Below are positions 9,006 through 19,166 of a stretch of DNA of 64,000 nt, one piece after another (positions within the stretch are counted from its first letter, which is position 1; each line of letters opens with the position of its first letter). Source of the stretch: Acidimicrobiales bacterium (GTDB lineage Bacteria; Actinomycetota; Acidimicrobiia; Acidimicrobiales; CATQHL01). A model generated the notes under the pieces. That model was not told the origin of the DNA and did not search any database. It saw nothing but the letters and a program-made list of their open reading frames with translations. The stretch spans positions 3,035,419-3,099,418 of the forward strand of contig OY760933.1 of assembly GCA_963664235.1 (NCBI GenBank). The letters are read 5' to 3'. Position numbers and translations under genes: made by a program.

Positions 9006-10150
9006 CGACCCGCTCCCTGCCCGAACAGGGCGACGGAGGCCGTGAATCCGTGCAGGTAGCTGCGCGGGCCCACGGGCCCGATCTCACCGGCACAGAACAT
9101 CCCGGCCACCGGGGCCGGTGCGATGGCGCCGGACACCACCGAGGCGTCCTGGTCGGCAACATCGAAGAGACGGCGTCCCCTGCCGTTGCAGGTGAACAGC
9201 AACGCCCCGTCAGCACACCGTCCCGACATGAGGCCGCTGAGGTCGTCGCGCGCCGTGGTGGCGTCGCGGACGTGGAACTGCACCGTGGTGCCGGTCTCGA
9301 CGATGTCGCCCACCGCCAGCGCCTGCGAGGTTCGCTCCAACCCCAGCACGCCGCGCACCAGGAAGTCGCCCCTGTCGAAGTCCAGTTTGTGCTCGTTCAC
9401 GACGATGCCGACGTGAAGGCCGCGCTGCACCAGGGCGCGCTCGGAGGCATCGAGACCCTCCACGATCTCCTGCAGGCGTTCGAGGGCGGGTCGTCCACCC
9501 AACTCGTGAATCAGGTTGCGCTCGCCGTGGGTCACGACGTAGGGCTGCCCGATCGGTCGGCAACCTTGGGACACCACGGTCCGGGGCTCGGCGCTCGACT
9601 CCAGCAGCAAGCCGACGGCTCCATCGTCGAACACCTCGCCGCCGAGCACCAGGCGGTTTCCTCCCGCCGTACCCGACGCCGAAGCCAGCCCTCCGATTGC
9701 GCGAACCTGCCGATGGTCGGCTCCCAGCTGCACCAGCAGGCGGTCGGCGGGGAAGCTGAACGGATCGGCTATCAGCAGCAAAGTGCGCGGCCGATCGTCG
9801 AGCGGCGGGAGATCCTCCACGGGCGAGTGCTCAGCGGTGAGAGCGGGACCCAGACGCACAGGTACAGCGCCGGTGAGGGGAGCGGCCCAAGCCGCCACCG
9901 CCGGCGTCTCCTCCAATTCACGGCCTCCGGCGATGACCGACACCGCACAGGTGCCCAGCATCACCTCCGGTGCGAGCCGCTCGGCGAGGATGGCCGCCAG
10001 GCTGTCCATAGCTTCCAGATGCGTTGCGGTGGCGAAGAAAACCACCGCAGCGGGCGAACCGGCTTCCAACGAGCCGGCCAGATCGGCGGCGACCGCCGCA
10101 GCCGCGTCCGCCGTGGATTCCGCCTCCGAGAGGGCCACTGCAAAAGTCAT
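9002..10150 (-). CDS. FIST-domain (FIST_N + FIST_C) sensory protein
   Basis: 382 aa. The C-terminal part (LLFTCNGRGRRLF ... AGMFCAGEIGPVG ... YLHGFTASVALF) matches the FIST_C pattern as I remember it. Its stop overlaps the tkt start by 4 nt. Confidence 0.7.
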   Translation of the reverse strand: MTFAVALSEAESTADAAAAVAADLAGSLEAGSPAAVVFFATATHLEAMDSLAAILAERLAPEVMLGTCAVSVIAGGRELEETPAVAAWAAPLTGAVPVRLGPALTAEHSPVEDLPPLDDRPRTLLLIADPFSFPADRLLVQLGADHRQVRAIGGLASASGTAGGNRLVLGGEVFDDGAVGLLLESSAEPRTVVSQGCRPIGQPYVVTHGERNLIHELGGRPALERLQEIVEGLDASERALVQRGLHVGIVVNEHKLDFDRGDFLVRGVLGLERTSQALAVGDIVETGTTVQFHVRDATTARDDLSGLMSGRCADGALLFTCNGRGRRLFDVADQDASVVSGAIAPAPVAGMFCAGEIGPVGPRSYLHGFTASVALFGQGAGR

Positions 10151-10175
10151 CGACGCGGCGACCGTATCGTCGGGC

Positions 10176-10571
10176 TCACTCGGCCGCCGGCGCCGGCGGC
10201 AACAGGGCGTAGGGGACCACAGTCGTGGGGCCGTCGCCGAGGCGGCAATGCGCCTCCACCGTGGAATAATCCTCGAACTGCAACTCCGCCCTCACCAGCC
10301 GGAAGTTGAACTTACCGGGCTCCACCTGCAGGTATTGCACATTCCGGGCGATCTGGGCGCCGTCGCGGGTGTAGACCACCTCGAGCACCTCGTTCCCGTC
10401 GCTGTCGGCGGGACAGCGCACGATCACCACGAGATGCGGCGTCCACAGCAGCGGCAACTCGCCGGATGCCATCACGGAGAAATGCACCCCGGACAGGTCG
10501 AGGCGCGTCGAGGGGCCGGGAACCTGCCGGACGTCGATCTCCTCGATGAACAGTGCGGCGACAATCTGCAC
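10176..10571 (-). CDS. hypothetical protein (131 aa)
   Basis: The coding-looking part of ORF 10176..10820 begins at GTG 10571 (VQIVAALFIEEIDV...). The upstream part is Arg/Pro-rich junk overlapping the dacB leader. Confidence 0.4.
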   Translation of the reverse strand: MQIVAALFIEEIDVRQVPGPSTRLDLSGVHFSVMASGELPLLWTPHLVVIVRCPADSDGNEVLEVVYTRDGAQIARNVQYLQVEPGKFNFRLVRAELQFEDYSTVEAHCRLGDGPTTVVPYALLPPAPAAE

Positions 10572-10693
10572 GCCCTGACCGTACCGCCTCGACCGCCGCG
10601 AAGGTGGCTTCTGAGGGGCCGGAGAATCCCCGCGCCCCGGCGTGGACGCCAGCGCGCACCGGTCGGGCAGGGCGGGCGTACAGTTTGGGCGGT

Positions 10694-12142
10694 ATGTTCC
10701 GCATCTTCGTGCCGCTCGTACTGCTCGCCGTGGCGGTCGCGACCTTGCTGGTGTCCAATCAACTGGCCGACGAACCCGCGCCGGGCCAACCCCTCGGCGT
10801 GGCCGGTGCGGACCTTCCACTGCTCTCGGCGCGACGGCTGCCGACGGTGACCACCAGCGCCACTCCGGTCACAACACCGGGGCGGGAAGTGACGCTGGAA
10901 CGGGACTTGACGGCGCTGGTGATCAGCGCTCCCACGCAAAGTTGTGTCGTGGTCCGCCAGGACGGCGAGGATCTCTTCGCGAAGGATCCCGATGAGCGCC
11001 TCGTGCCCGCGTCGCTGCAGAAGCTGGCCACTGCCCACGCCGCCCTGGTGACCCTGGGAGCCGACTACACCTACCGGACAACGGTGATCGCAGAATCCGA
11101 GCCGGTCGACGGTGTCCTGCCCAACGATCTCTACCTGGTCGGCGGTGGGGATCCGCTGCTGGCAACCGAGAACTACGCGGAACTCCTGGCGATACAGGGA
11201 GCGGAGCCCACCCGGCTCGACGGGCTCGCCGCGGAACTCGTGGCCGGCGGGCTCACCCGCATCAACGGCGCCGTCATCGCAGTACAGGATCGCTACGACG
11301 ACGCCCCGTCGGTGGCAGGCTGGCCCGAGGAATGGCTCGGAGCCGGCGGGCCCGGGACCCTCAATGCGATCGCACTCAATCAGGGGTATCAGGCACCGGA
11401 GGGAATCACCGGGACGGCGGGACTGCTCCCCGAACCCGAGCCGGCGCTGCGTACCGCCGCCCTGTTCGACGACATGCTCGAGGCACGGTCGGTGACGATC
11501 CCCGAGCGTCCCGGCGTGGCCACACCCGACACGGACTTCAGCGGCTACCTGGAGTTGGGGTCGATCACCTCGGCGCCGCTGAGCAACTACCTGCGCTTCA
11601 TGCTGGCCAACAGCGACAACACAACCGCCGAATTGATCCTGAAGGAGATCGGCCGGTCCTGGTCCGGCACCGGCACGACCCTCGACGGCGCCCTGGGCGT
11701 ACTGGAGTTGCTGGCGGAGGACGCCGGCCGGCCAGTGCTGGTGTTCCCGCCCGTTGACGGCTCGGGTCTCAGCCCCGACAACGAGTTGACCTGCCGTCAG
11801 GTCACCGACATCCTCGAGATCGACGGCCCCGACGGACCCCTGGCGTCCTACCTGCCGGTGGCGGGCGAGTCGGGCACCATGCGCAACCGCTTCGTCGACT
11901 CCACCGCCGCCGGACGCGTCCGGGCGAAGACCGGCTCATTGCCCGGCGTGTCCTCCCTGGCGGGTTTCGTCACCGGTGCCGACGGTCGGCCGATCACCTT
12001 CGCCGCCATCTTGAACGGCGAGAGGCTTGCCGCCATCGACGCCGACGCCTTCCTGCAACAGATGCTGGAGATCCTGGTGGCCCACCCCAACTTCGCCGAG
12101 ACCGGCGACAGCGGCACCGATACCCTCGACGGCGGGGGATAG
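10694..12142 (+). CDS. dacB: D-alanyl-D-alanine carboxypeptidase/endopeptidase, PBP4 (peptidase S13) family
   Basis: An N-terminal TM/signal segment (MFRIFVPLVLLAVAVATLLV) is followed by the active-site triad motifs SLQK, SDN and KTGS. Confidence 0.85.
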   Translation: MFRIFVPLVLLAVAVATLLVSNQLADEPAPGQPLGVAGADLPLLSARRLPTVTTSATPVTTPGREVTLERDLTALVISAPTQSCVVVRQDGEDLFAKDPDERLVPASLQKLATAHAALVTLGADYTYRTTVIAESEPVDGVLPNDLYLVGGGDPLLATENYAELLAIQGAEPTRLDGLAAELVAGGLTRINGAVIAVQDRYDDAPSVAGWPEEWLGAGGPGTLNAIALNQGYQAPEGITGTAGLLPEPEPALRTAALFDDMLEARSVTIPERPGVATPDTDFSGYLELGSITSAPLSNYLRFMLANSDNTTAELILKEIGRSWSGTGTTLDGALGVLELLAEDAGRPVLVFPPVDGSGLSPDNELTCRQVTDILEIDGPDGPLASYLPVAGESGTMRNRFVDSTAAGRVRAKTGSLPGVSSLAGFVTGADGRPITFAAILNGERLAAIDADAFLQQMLEILVAHPNFAETGDSGTDTLDGGG

Positions 12143-12147
12143 CCGCC

Positions 12148-12828
12148 GTGGCCGCATCGCCGCCGGCAGTCTCGGCGGTGCGAGAACTGCCGATGTTCCC
12201 GCTGCAGCGGCTGCCCTTTCCGGGCTCCGCGTTGCCTTTGCACGTGTTCGAGCCGCGTTATGTGGAGTTGACGAGGTGCTGTCTCGACGGGGACCGCATG
12301 TTCGGCGTCACGCTGATCATGCGCGGATCGGAGGTCGGAACCGATCCGACCCAGGTCCGCAGCGACGTCGGCGTCGGCGTACGGATTCTCCGAGCGCGCC
12401 CGGTGGAGGGCCAGCGCTGGATTCTCGAGACCGAGTGCCTCGACAGATTGCGGGTCCGCCGCTGGCTCGACGACGACCCCTATCCCCGAGCGCTCACAGA
12501 ATCCTGGCCCGATCCACCGGCTCCCACCTCCGACACCGCCGGCCCGGCGGAGGCTGTCACCGAGACGTACCGGCGGATCGCGGCACTGCTCGGAGCCGCT
12601 CGGACCGGTGGAGCCCCCGAGCTGCGTTTCGACCGGCTCAGCGACGACTCCACCCGGGCCGCCTACCAACTCTGCAGCGCAGCGCCGGTCGGGGAACTGG
12701 ACCGGCTGCGCCTCCTCGAAGCACCCGGCACCGTGGAGCGCCTCCACCTGCTGGCGGATCTCCTCGGGGGCGTCGAGGACACGCTTCGCCTGCTCCGGGA
12801 CACCGGCGAACACCCCTCGCGGGACTGA
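12148..12828 (+). CDS. LON peptidase substrate-binding (Lon N-terminal) domain protein
   Basis: LPMFPLQRLPFPGSALPLHVFEPRYVEL is the typical start of the Lon N-domain. 226 aa, with no ATPase or protease part. Confidence 0.8.
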   Translation: MAASPPAVSAVRELPMFPLQRLPFPGSALPLHVFEPRYVELTRCCLDGDRMFGVTLIMRGSEVGTDPTQVRSDVGVGVRILRARPVEGQRWILETECLDRLRVRRWLDDDPYPRALTESWPDPPAPTSDTAGPAEAVTETYRRIAALLGAARTGGAPELRFDRLSDDSTRAAYQLCSAAPVGELDRLRLLEAPGTVERLHLLADLLGGVEDTLRLLRDTGEHPSRD

Positions 12829-12895
12829 GCCGGCGCATCGTCGGGACCGATTCCCCGCCTCAGGGCCCCCAAGGGCCGGCGGTAGACTCGGCGGC

Positions 12896-13309
12896 ATGGT
12901 TGCAGCTAGCGGTGACGAGGCGCGGCCTCCCGACGGACCCGCCGCCGGAACCGGAGCGCCGGAGACCGGGGCGGCCCCGCAGGGGGCACCCACCGATCCG
13001 GCCACCGCTCTCACCGAACTGCGTGACGTCGTCCTTGCCTATTTCCGCCAGGAGGCCGTGGACCCCCTCAAACGTCTGGTTGCCTGGCTGGGTTTCGGGA
13101 TTCTGGGAGGCGTCTTCGTGTGCACGGGGCTGGTCCTTCTCGCCCTCGCCGCCCTGCGGGCCTTGCAGACCGAGACCGGTGGGCACCTCGCCGGCAACCT
13201 CAGCTGGACCCCGTACGCAATCGTGCTGGCCGGGGTGCTCGTGGTATTCCTGGTCGCACGCTCCGCCGCGCGGGCACGACGGCGCGCTGGCGCGGAGGAG
13301 GAGAAGTGA
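12896..13309 (+). CDS. membrane protein, actinobacterial holin-X-like
   Basis: ATG 12896 lies within ORF 12608..13309. There are two hydrophobic helices (WLGFGILGGVFVCTGLVLLALAAL, YAIVLAGVLVVFLVA) and a basic tail. Confidence 0.45.
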   Translation: MVAASGDEARPPDGPAAGTGAPETGAAPQGAPTDPATALTELRDVVLAYFRQEAVDPLKRLVAWLGFGILGGVFVCTGLVLLALAALRALQTETGGHLAGNLSWTPYAIVLAGVLVVFLVARSAARARRRAGAEEEK

Positions 13310-13521
13310 CCACAGGCCGCTCCGGCGACATCACCCGTGAGGATCTCGAGGCGCAGTTGCAGCAGGTGGCCGATGCCGTCAACGTCGCCAGCGCCCCTGC
13401 CCGGCGGAGTGGGTTCCGTCTCGGCGTGATCGGCGGGATCGCTCTGGTGATCCTGGCATTCTTCCTCGGCAAGCGCCGTGGCCGCCTGACTCGCACCTTC
13501 GTCGAGCTGCGCCGGTACTGA
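13306..13521 (+). CDS. small single-TM protein
   Basis: GTG 13306 overlaps the previous stop (GTGA). There is one TM segment (LGVIGGIALVILAFFLG). Confidence 0.4.
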   Translation: MTTGRSGDITREDLEAQLQQVADAVNVASAPARRSGFRLGVIGGIALVILAFFLGKRRGRLTRTFVELRRY

Positions 13522-13525
13522 GCCC

Positions 13526-13753
13526 GTGGCCGCCGCACCGCTGAGTCCTCTGGCACTGGCACGACGACGGGGCATCACCCGCGGGCTACTGGGCGACAGC
13601 ACCTTCTGGCTGCTGGCAGGGGCTCTGGCATGGGGTCTAAGAGGCGTGCGCAGGGCGTTTCGACCCGTCGAGCCCGCTGCCCGCACCACGTTGCGGTTGA
13701 GACCGGGGGAGCGGCTCGTGGTCTCGCACGGCGCACCGCGACCCCGCCGCTGA
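13526..13753 (+). CDS. hypothetical small protein
   Basis: 75-aa ORF packed tightly between neighbours. No motif recognised. Confidence 0.3.
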   Translation: MAAAPLSPLALARRRGITRGLLGDSTFWLLAGALAWGLRGVRRAFRPVEPAARTTLRLRPGERLVVSHGAPRPRR

Positions 13754-13767
13754 GTCGCCGGACGCGC

Positions 13768-14607
13768 GTGAGCAGGGAGACCGAGAGCCCCGGCAGCCGG
13801 GAAGACGGCACGGCGGACTCGGGCACCTCGCCGTCCGCGGAGGGATTCAGCGACGGGGAACTGGTGATGCTGGTCGACCGGAAGAACCGCAGCTACCTGC
13901 GCCGGCTGGAGCCCGGAGGCTTCTTTCACTCCCATTCCGGGCTCGTGGCCTGGGATGATCTTGCCGGCCAACCCGAAGGCAGCGAGGTGCGATCGGTCGG
14001 CGGAACCCGCTTCCGGGCGTTCCGCCCCACGCTGTCGGACTTCATCGTGAAGATGAAGCGCGGCGCGCAGGTCATCTACCCCAAGGACCTCGGTCCCATG
14101 CTGCTGCTCGCCGACATCGCTCCTGGCCATCGGGTGCTGGAATCGGGCGTGGGATCCGGGGCCCTGTCCCTGGCGTTGCTGCGCGCCGGTGCCGAGGTGT
14201 TCGGCTACGAGATTCGCCCCGACTTCGCCCGCCGCGCCCACAAGAACGTGCAGGAGTTCCTGGGGCCGGAGGCACTGGCCCGCTACCACATCTCCGAACG
14301 CGACTGCTACGAGGGCATCGACGTGGACCGCCTGGACCGCGTGGCCCTGGATCTCCCCGAGCCCTGGCGAGTCGTGCCGCACGCCGCGGACCGGCTCCGG
14401 CCCGGTGGCATCTTCATCGCTTATACCCCCAGCGTGCTGCAGGCCACACACCTGCGGGACTCACTGGAGCGCGGCCCCTGGGCGCTTGCCGCCACTGTCG
14501 AGATCCTGCAGCGGAGCTGGCATATTGCAGGAGAGGCCGTCCGGCCGGACCACCGGATGGTTGCCCACACCGGGTTCCTCACGCACGCCAGGCGGCTACC
14601 GGCCTAG
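13768..14607 (+). CDS. trmI: tRNA (adenine58-N1)-methyltransferase TrmI (GCD14 family)
   Basis: Carries RGAQVIYPKD and the SAM motif VLESGVGSGALS. It occupies the same position upstream of arc as Rv2118c in M. tuberculosis. GTG 13768 was chosen as start. Confidence 0.85.
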   Translation: MSRETESPGSREDGTADSGTSPSAEGFSDGELVMLVDRKNRSYLRRLEPGGFFHSHSGLVAWDDLAGQPEGSEVRSVGGTRFRAFRPTLSDFIVKMKRGAQVIYPKDLGPMLLLADIAPGHRVLESGVGSGALSLALLRAGAEVFGYEIRPDFARRAHKNVQEFLGPEALARYHISERDCYEGIDVDRLDRVALDLPEPWRVVPHAADRLRPGGIFIAYTPSVLQATHLRDSLERGPWALAATVEILQRSWHIAGEAVRPDHRMVAHTGFLTHARRLPA

Positions 14608-14619
14608 AGGCGTCGGGCC

Positions 14620-15129
14620 GTGAACCTCCTCGACCTGGGATTGCTGGGTCTGTTGCTGCTGACGGGGTTGCTGGGGTTGCGCACCGGCCTGCTGCGGCCC
14701 GGTCTTGCCTGGCTGGGCCTGGCCCTCGGTCTGGTGGGCGCCATCCAGCTTCTGGCGTGGGCCTTGGAGGAGATCGCTCCAGCCGCCGAGCGGTGGCACC
14801 CGATGGCCTACCCCCTCGGAACCAGTGCCGGGATCCTGGTGGCTGGAGCCCTGGCCGGCCACATCGCGGGCCTCCTGGTGGGCAGGCTGGCGCACCTGGC
14901 TCTCCCGGAGTCGCTGCGCACAGTCGATCGGGTTGCCGGTTTCCTCGCCGCCGTCGCTGCTGTGGGAGCCCTGATCTGGCTGCTCGCTCCGACGGCGGCC
15001 AGCACTCCCGGCTGGTTCGCCGAAGCGAGCGAGGGCTCGGCGCTCGTGCGGGCGAGCCTGGAACTCCTGCCGCCGCCGCCGGAGGGGCTCGACCGGGTCG
15101 TGGCCTGGGTGCGCCTCGACTCCGCCTAG
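14620..15129 (+). CDS. CvpA-family membrane protein
   Basis: Four hydrophobic helices. The N-terminus NLLDLGLLGLLLLTGLLGLRTG is typical of the CvpA (colicin V production) family. Confidence 0.55.
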   Translation: MNLLDLGLLGLLLLTGLLGLRTGLLRPGLAWLGLALGLVGAIQLLAWALEEIAPAAERWHPMAYPLGTSAGILVAGALAGHIAGLLVGRLAHLALPESLRTVDRVAGFLAAVAAVGALIWLLAPTAASTPGWFAEASEGSALVRASLELLPPPPEGLDRVVAWVRLDSA

Positions 15130-15187
15130 GAGAGTCGGCGCGGCAGGGAAATCCGCAGGGTCGTTTGCCGTGGCGCCCGCGGGCGTC

Positions 15188-15427
15188 TCAGGCCTCGATC
15201 TCTATGAAGATGCACTCGCCGGGGCATTCCTCGGCGGACTCGATGGTCGCTTCTTCTTGACCGTCGGGCACCACGGCCAAGCCGGTGGGCCCGCCGGGAT
15301 CGCTGAAGATCGTGTCACCTTCTCGCACATAGGCCAGACCGTCATCGAGCAGGGTGAACACGTCAGGGGCGATCTCCTCGCAGAGTCCATCGCCTGTGCA
15401 GAGATCCTGGTCGATCCAGACCTTCAT
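15188..15427 (-). CDS. ferredoxin (single [3Fe-4S]/[4Fe-4S] cluster type)
   Basis: 79 aa with CTGDGLCEEIAP ... ECPGECI. Confidence 0.85.
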   Translation of the reverse strand: MKVWIDQDLCTGDGLCEEIAPDVFTLLDDGLAYVREGDTIFSDPGGPTGLAVVPDGQEEATIESAEECPGECIFIEIEA

Positions 15428-15617
15428 CGTGCTGCTCCCGAATTGCTGGGCGGTGCGTGCAGGGGTGGTGAGTCCTTACCGGCGCTTCACCATCGGCGCA
15501 TTATAGCGGCGGCTGGAGGGCCACCGGCACGTTCACCGCTGCCGGTGCCACGCCCTGTGCGGTCACGTGAAGGTATCGCGCCGCGTGTAGGGTCGCATCC
15601 GAGGACATGCCGAGGAG

Positions 15618-17351
15618 GTGAGAACGATCGACGAGGTCCCAAAGGATCAGGCCGTCCAGCTGAAGCTGCTGCGCCAGGAGATCGAGGCGTTGCGGCGACG
15701 CCTGCAGGACACCCCGCAGCGCATCCGCACCCTCGAGGAGCGTCTGCTGGAGACCAAGGGCCAGTTGGCCCAGGCCGTCTCGCAGAACGAGAAGCTGACC
15801 CACACCCTGCGCGAGGCACGCGAGCACATCGGCGCGCTGCGCGAGGAGGTCGAGAAGCTCACCCAGACCCCGAACGCCTACGGCACCGTGCTCCAGCTCA
15901 ACGATGACGGCACCGTCGACGTGTTCTCCTCGGGGCGCAAGATGCGCGTGGCGATCCATCCCGAGGTGGAGGGCACCCTGGAACGCGGCCAGGAGGTCGC
16001 GCTGAACGACTCCCTCAGCGTCGTCCTCGCTCGCACCGCCGACGGCACCGGAGAGGTTGTCACCCTCACCGAGTTGCTGGAGGGCGGTCGCCGGGCGGTG
16101 GTGAGTTGCCGCGCGGATGAGGAGCGGGTGGTGGATCTCGCCGAGGGTCTCGACGGTATCCCGCTCCGGGTCGGCGACCCGATGCTCATGGACGTCCGCT
16201 CCGGCCTCCTCACCGAGCGCCTCGTGCGCTCGGAGGTCGAGGATCTGGTGCTGGAGGAGGTTCCCGAGGTCACCTACGACGACGTCGGCGGGCTCGACTC
16301 GCAGATCGAGAAGATCACCGACGCCGTGGAGTTGCCATTCCTGTACGCGGACCTGTTCGCCGAACACCGCCTGCCGGCTCCGAAGGGCATCCTGCTGTAC
16401 GGGCCGCCCGGCTGCGGCAAGACGCTCATCGCCAAGGCGGTCGCCAACTCACTCGCCACCAAGGTGGCGAGTGCCACGGGCAACGAGAAGGCGCGCAGCT
16501 ACTTCCTGAACATCAAGGGCCCCGAGCTTCTCAACAAGTACGTCGGCGAGACGGAGAGGCAGATCCGGAGGGTCTTCCAGCAGGCCAGGGACCGTTCGGC
16601 AGAGGGCTGGCCGGTGATCGTCTTCTTCGACGAGATGGAGTCGCTGTTCCGCATGCGCGGCAGTGGCATCAGTTCGGACATGGAGTCCACCGTCGTGCCA
16701 CAGCTACTCGCCGAGATCGACGGGGTGGAGGCACTGCGCAACGTGATCGTCATCGGTGCGTCCAACCGGGAGGACCTGATCGATCCGGCGATCCTGCGCC
16801 CGGGTCGCCTCGACGTGAAGATCAAGATCGAACGGCCCGAGGCCGAGGCGGCCGCGGCGATCTTCGCCCGCTATCTCTCGGTGGACCTGCCGATCGCCCA
16901 GAGCGCCGTGGAGACCATCGGCGGCGGCGAGAGGGACAAGGCCGTCCGCGGCATGATCGAGGAGACGGTCACGGAGATGTTCAGCACCGAGGAGCGCAAC
17001 GAGTTCCTCGAGGTCACGTACCAGAACGGCGACAAGGAGACGATGTACTTCCGCGACTTCGCCTCCGGGGCCATGATCGAGAACATCGTTCGACGGGCGA
17101 AGAAGCTCGCCATCAAGCGCGTCATAGCCGGAGGGTCCCGCGGCATCACCCTGGACGACCTGCTGCAGTCGGTCACCCAGGAGCACACCGAGCACGAGGA
17201 CCTCCCGAACACCACCAATCCGGACGACTGGGCGAAGATCGCCGGCAAGAAGGGCGAGCGGATCGTGTTCGTGCGCACGCTGGTGCATCGTGACGATGCC
17301 AACAGCGGCGGACGCTCCATCGAGCGCGTCGCCACCGGCCAGTACCTGTAG
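15618..17351 (+). CDS. arc: proteasome-associated AAA ATPase ARC/Mpa
   Basis: N-terminal coiled coil, Walker A GPPGCGKT, Walker B VIVFFDEM, and a C-terminal GQYL docking motif. GAGGAGG lies before GTG 15618. Confidence 0.95.
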   Translation: MRTIDEVPKDQAVQLKLLRQEIEALRRRLQDTPQRIRTLEERLLETKGQLAQAVSQNEKLTHTLREAREHIGALREEVEKLTQTPNAYGTVLQLNDDGTVDVFSSGRKMRVAIHPEVEGTLERGQEVALNDSLSVVLARTADGTGEVVTLTELLEGGRRAVVSCRADEERVVDLAEGLDGIPLRVGDPMLMDVRSGLLTERLVRSEVEDLVLEEVPEVTYDDVGGLDSQIEKITDAVELPFLYADLFAEHRLPAPKGILLYGPPGCGKTLIAKAVANSLATKVASATGNEKARSYFLNIKGPELLNKYVGETERQIRRVFQQARDRSAEGWPVIVFFDEMESLFRMRGSGISSDMESTVVPQLLAEIDGVEALRNVIVIGASNREDLIDPAILRPGRLDVKIKIERPEAEAAAAIFARYLSVDLPIAQSAVETIGGGERDKAVRGMIEETVTEMFSTEERNEFLEVTYQNGDKETMYFRDFASGAMIENIVRRAKKLAIKRVIAGGSRGITLDDLLQSVTQEHTEHEDLPNTTNPDDWAKIAGKKGERIVFVRTLVHRDDANSGGRSIERVATGQYL

Positions 17352-17371
17352 CACCTCGGACTTCGCCGAAC

Positions 17372-18877
17372 GTGGCCGTCCCCAAGATCTGCGGGCTCGA
17401 GACCGAGTACGGCATCACCCATCGCGGTGCCGAGGAGTCCAACCCGATCACCGCCTCCTCACTGCTGATCAACGCCTACCTGTCGGGACTCCAGCACGCC
17501 CCCGGCTCGCCGATCGCACGCGTCGAGTGGGACTTCGAGGACGAGATGCCGGGTCGGGACGCCCGCGGCGTAGGCGGGGGAGACATCGGCTACGAGCCCG
17601 AGACGCACCTCGTCAACGCCGTGTTGACCAACGGTTCGCGCTACTACGTGGATCACGCCCACCCCGAGATCTCCGGGCCGGAGTGCGCGGATGCCCGTAG
17701 CGCCGTGCTGTGGGATCGGGCGGCGGACATCATCGCGCAGCGCTCCATGCAGGCGGCCGGGGCTCTGCTCCCGGAGGGGCAGGAACTCGTCGTCTACAAG
17801 AACAACTCCGACGGCAAGGGCAACTCCTACGGCTGCCACGAGAACTACCTCATGGATCGCGCCACACCCTTCGGGCGCATCGTGCACGGAGCCACACCAC
17901 ACTTCGTCACCCGCCAGATCTTCTGCGGCGCGGGGAAGTTGGGGACCGAGGCACCGGGGGTCGACCGCTTCTCGGTCCCGTACCAACTCAGCCAGCGAGC
18001 CGACTTCTTCGAGGAGGAGGTGGGGCTGGAGACCACCCTCAAGCGGCCGATCGTGAACACCCGCGATGAACCCCACGCCGATGCCCGGCACTACCGGCGA
18101 CTGCACGTCATCGTGGGCGACGCCAACCTCTCCGAAGTGGCCACCTTCCTGAAGGTCGGCACCACGGCGATGGTCCTGGCTCTCGTGGAGCACGACCTCT
18201 TCCCCGACGATCTGTGCCTCGCCGCGCCGGTGCAGGCGATCCGCGCCGTCAGCTGCGACCTGAGCCTGCGTCGACCGTTCCGGCTTGCCGACGGAACCAG
18301 CGCGACCGCGCTCGATGTGCAGTGGGAACTCCTCGAGCGCTGCACGAAGTACTGCGACGACGTCGGTACCGATGCGGTGGGCGGCGAGGTCGCCGGTGAG
18401 GTACTGGCTCGCTGGGAGACCGTCCTGACACAACTCGACACCAACCCGCTCAGCCCCGCCACGACGGTGGACTGGGTGGCCAAGTACCGGCTCCTGGAGG
18501 CCTACCGCACCCGCAACGGTTGCGACTGGACCGACCCCCGGCTCCAGGCGCTGGACCTCCAGTATCACGACCTGCGACCCGAACGCTCGGTGGCGGACCG
18601 CCTGGGCCTCGAACGGCTCGTCGACATCGAGACGGCCCAGTGGGCGACGGAGAACCCACCGCCGGACACCCGGGCGTACTTCCGCGGCCGCTGCCTGCAA
18701 GAATTCGCGCCCCACGTCGTGGCGGCGAACTGGGACTCGGTGGTCTTCGATCTCGGCGGCGAGACCCTCCGCCGGGTGCCCATGATGGAGCCTGCCCGCG
18801 GAACCAGCCGACATGTGGCTAGCTTGTTTGACGAGTGTCCGACCCCAGCCGACCTCATCGGGAGGCTGCAGCAGTGA
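17372..18877 (+). CDS. dop: Pup deamidase/depupylase Dop
   Basis: Has the GLETEYG start of the Dop/PafA family. It lies immediately upstream of pup, as in mycobacteria. Confidence 0.9.
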   Translation: MAVPKICGLETEYGITHRGAEESNPITASSLLINAYLSGLQHAPGSPIARVEWDFEDEMPGRDARGVGGGDIGYEPETHLVNAVLTNGSRYYVDHAHPEISGPECADARSAVLWDRAADIIAQRSMQAAGALLPEGQELVVYKNNSDGKGNSYGCHENYLMDRATPFGRIVHGATPHFVTRQIFCGAGKLGTEAPGVDRFSVPYQLSQRADFFEEEVGLETTLKRPIVNTRDEPHADARHYRRLHVIVGDANLSEVATFLKVGTTAMVLALVEHDLFPDDLCLAAPVQAIRAVSCDLSLRRPFRLADGTSATALDVQWELLERCTKYCDDVGTDAVGGEVAGEVLARWETVLTQLDTNPLSPATTVDWVAKYRLLEAYRTRNGCDWTDPRLQALDLQYHDLRPERSVADRLGLERLVDIETAQWATENPPPDTRAYFRGRCLQEFAPHVVAANWDSVVFDLGGETLRRVPMMEPARGTSRHVASLFDECPTPADLIGRLQQ

Positions 18878-18895
18878 TGGGTGAGCGCAAGAGCC

Positions 18896-19093
18896 ATGGC
18901 TGAACGAGAGCGGATCCAGAAGTCGACCCGGAAGAGTTCCGAATCGGAACCGGCGACCGAAGCACCGGCCGCCAGCCCCAGCGGCGACCGCCTGAAGGCT
19001 GAACTCGATGATCTCCTCGACGAGATCGATGAGGTCCTCGAGACCAACGCCGAGGAGTTCGTCAACTCCTACATCCAAAAGGGTGGCCAGTAG
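18896..19093 (+). CDS. pup: prokaryotic ubiquitin-like protein Pup
   Basis: 65 aa ending DDLLDEIDEVLETNAEEFVNSYIQKGGQ (a GGQ terminus). An in-frame GTG at 18881 is an alternative start. Confidence 0.9.
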   Translation: MAERERIQKSTRKSSESEPATEAPAASPSGDRLKAELDDLLDEIDEVLETNAEEFVNSYIQKGGQ

Positions 19094-19166
19094 CGCCTCA
19101 GCCGCGGCCACCTGGCCGCGTTACCGAACGACACGCTCGCCAGCTCACCGGGAGTAGCCTCGGGCC

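Noticed and set aside
15428-15617. Possible promoter or PafBC (RecA-NDp-like) motif upstream of arc
   Set aside because: Only weak TANNNT-type hexamers are present (TAGGGT, TATAGC), with no convincing -35 or tGTCagtg-like element. It cannot be supported by eye.
17459-19111. 550-aa ORF on the minus strand
   Set aside because: It is antisense to dop and pup, with no recognisable domain.
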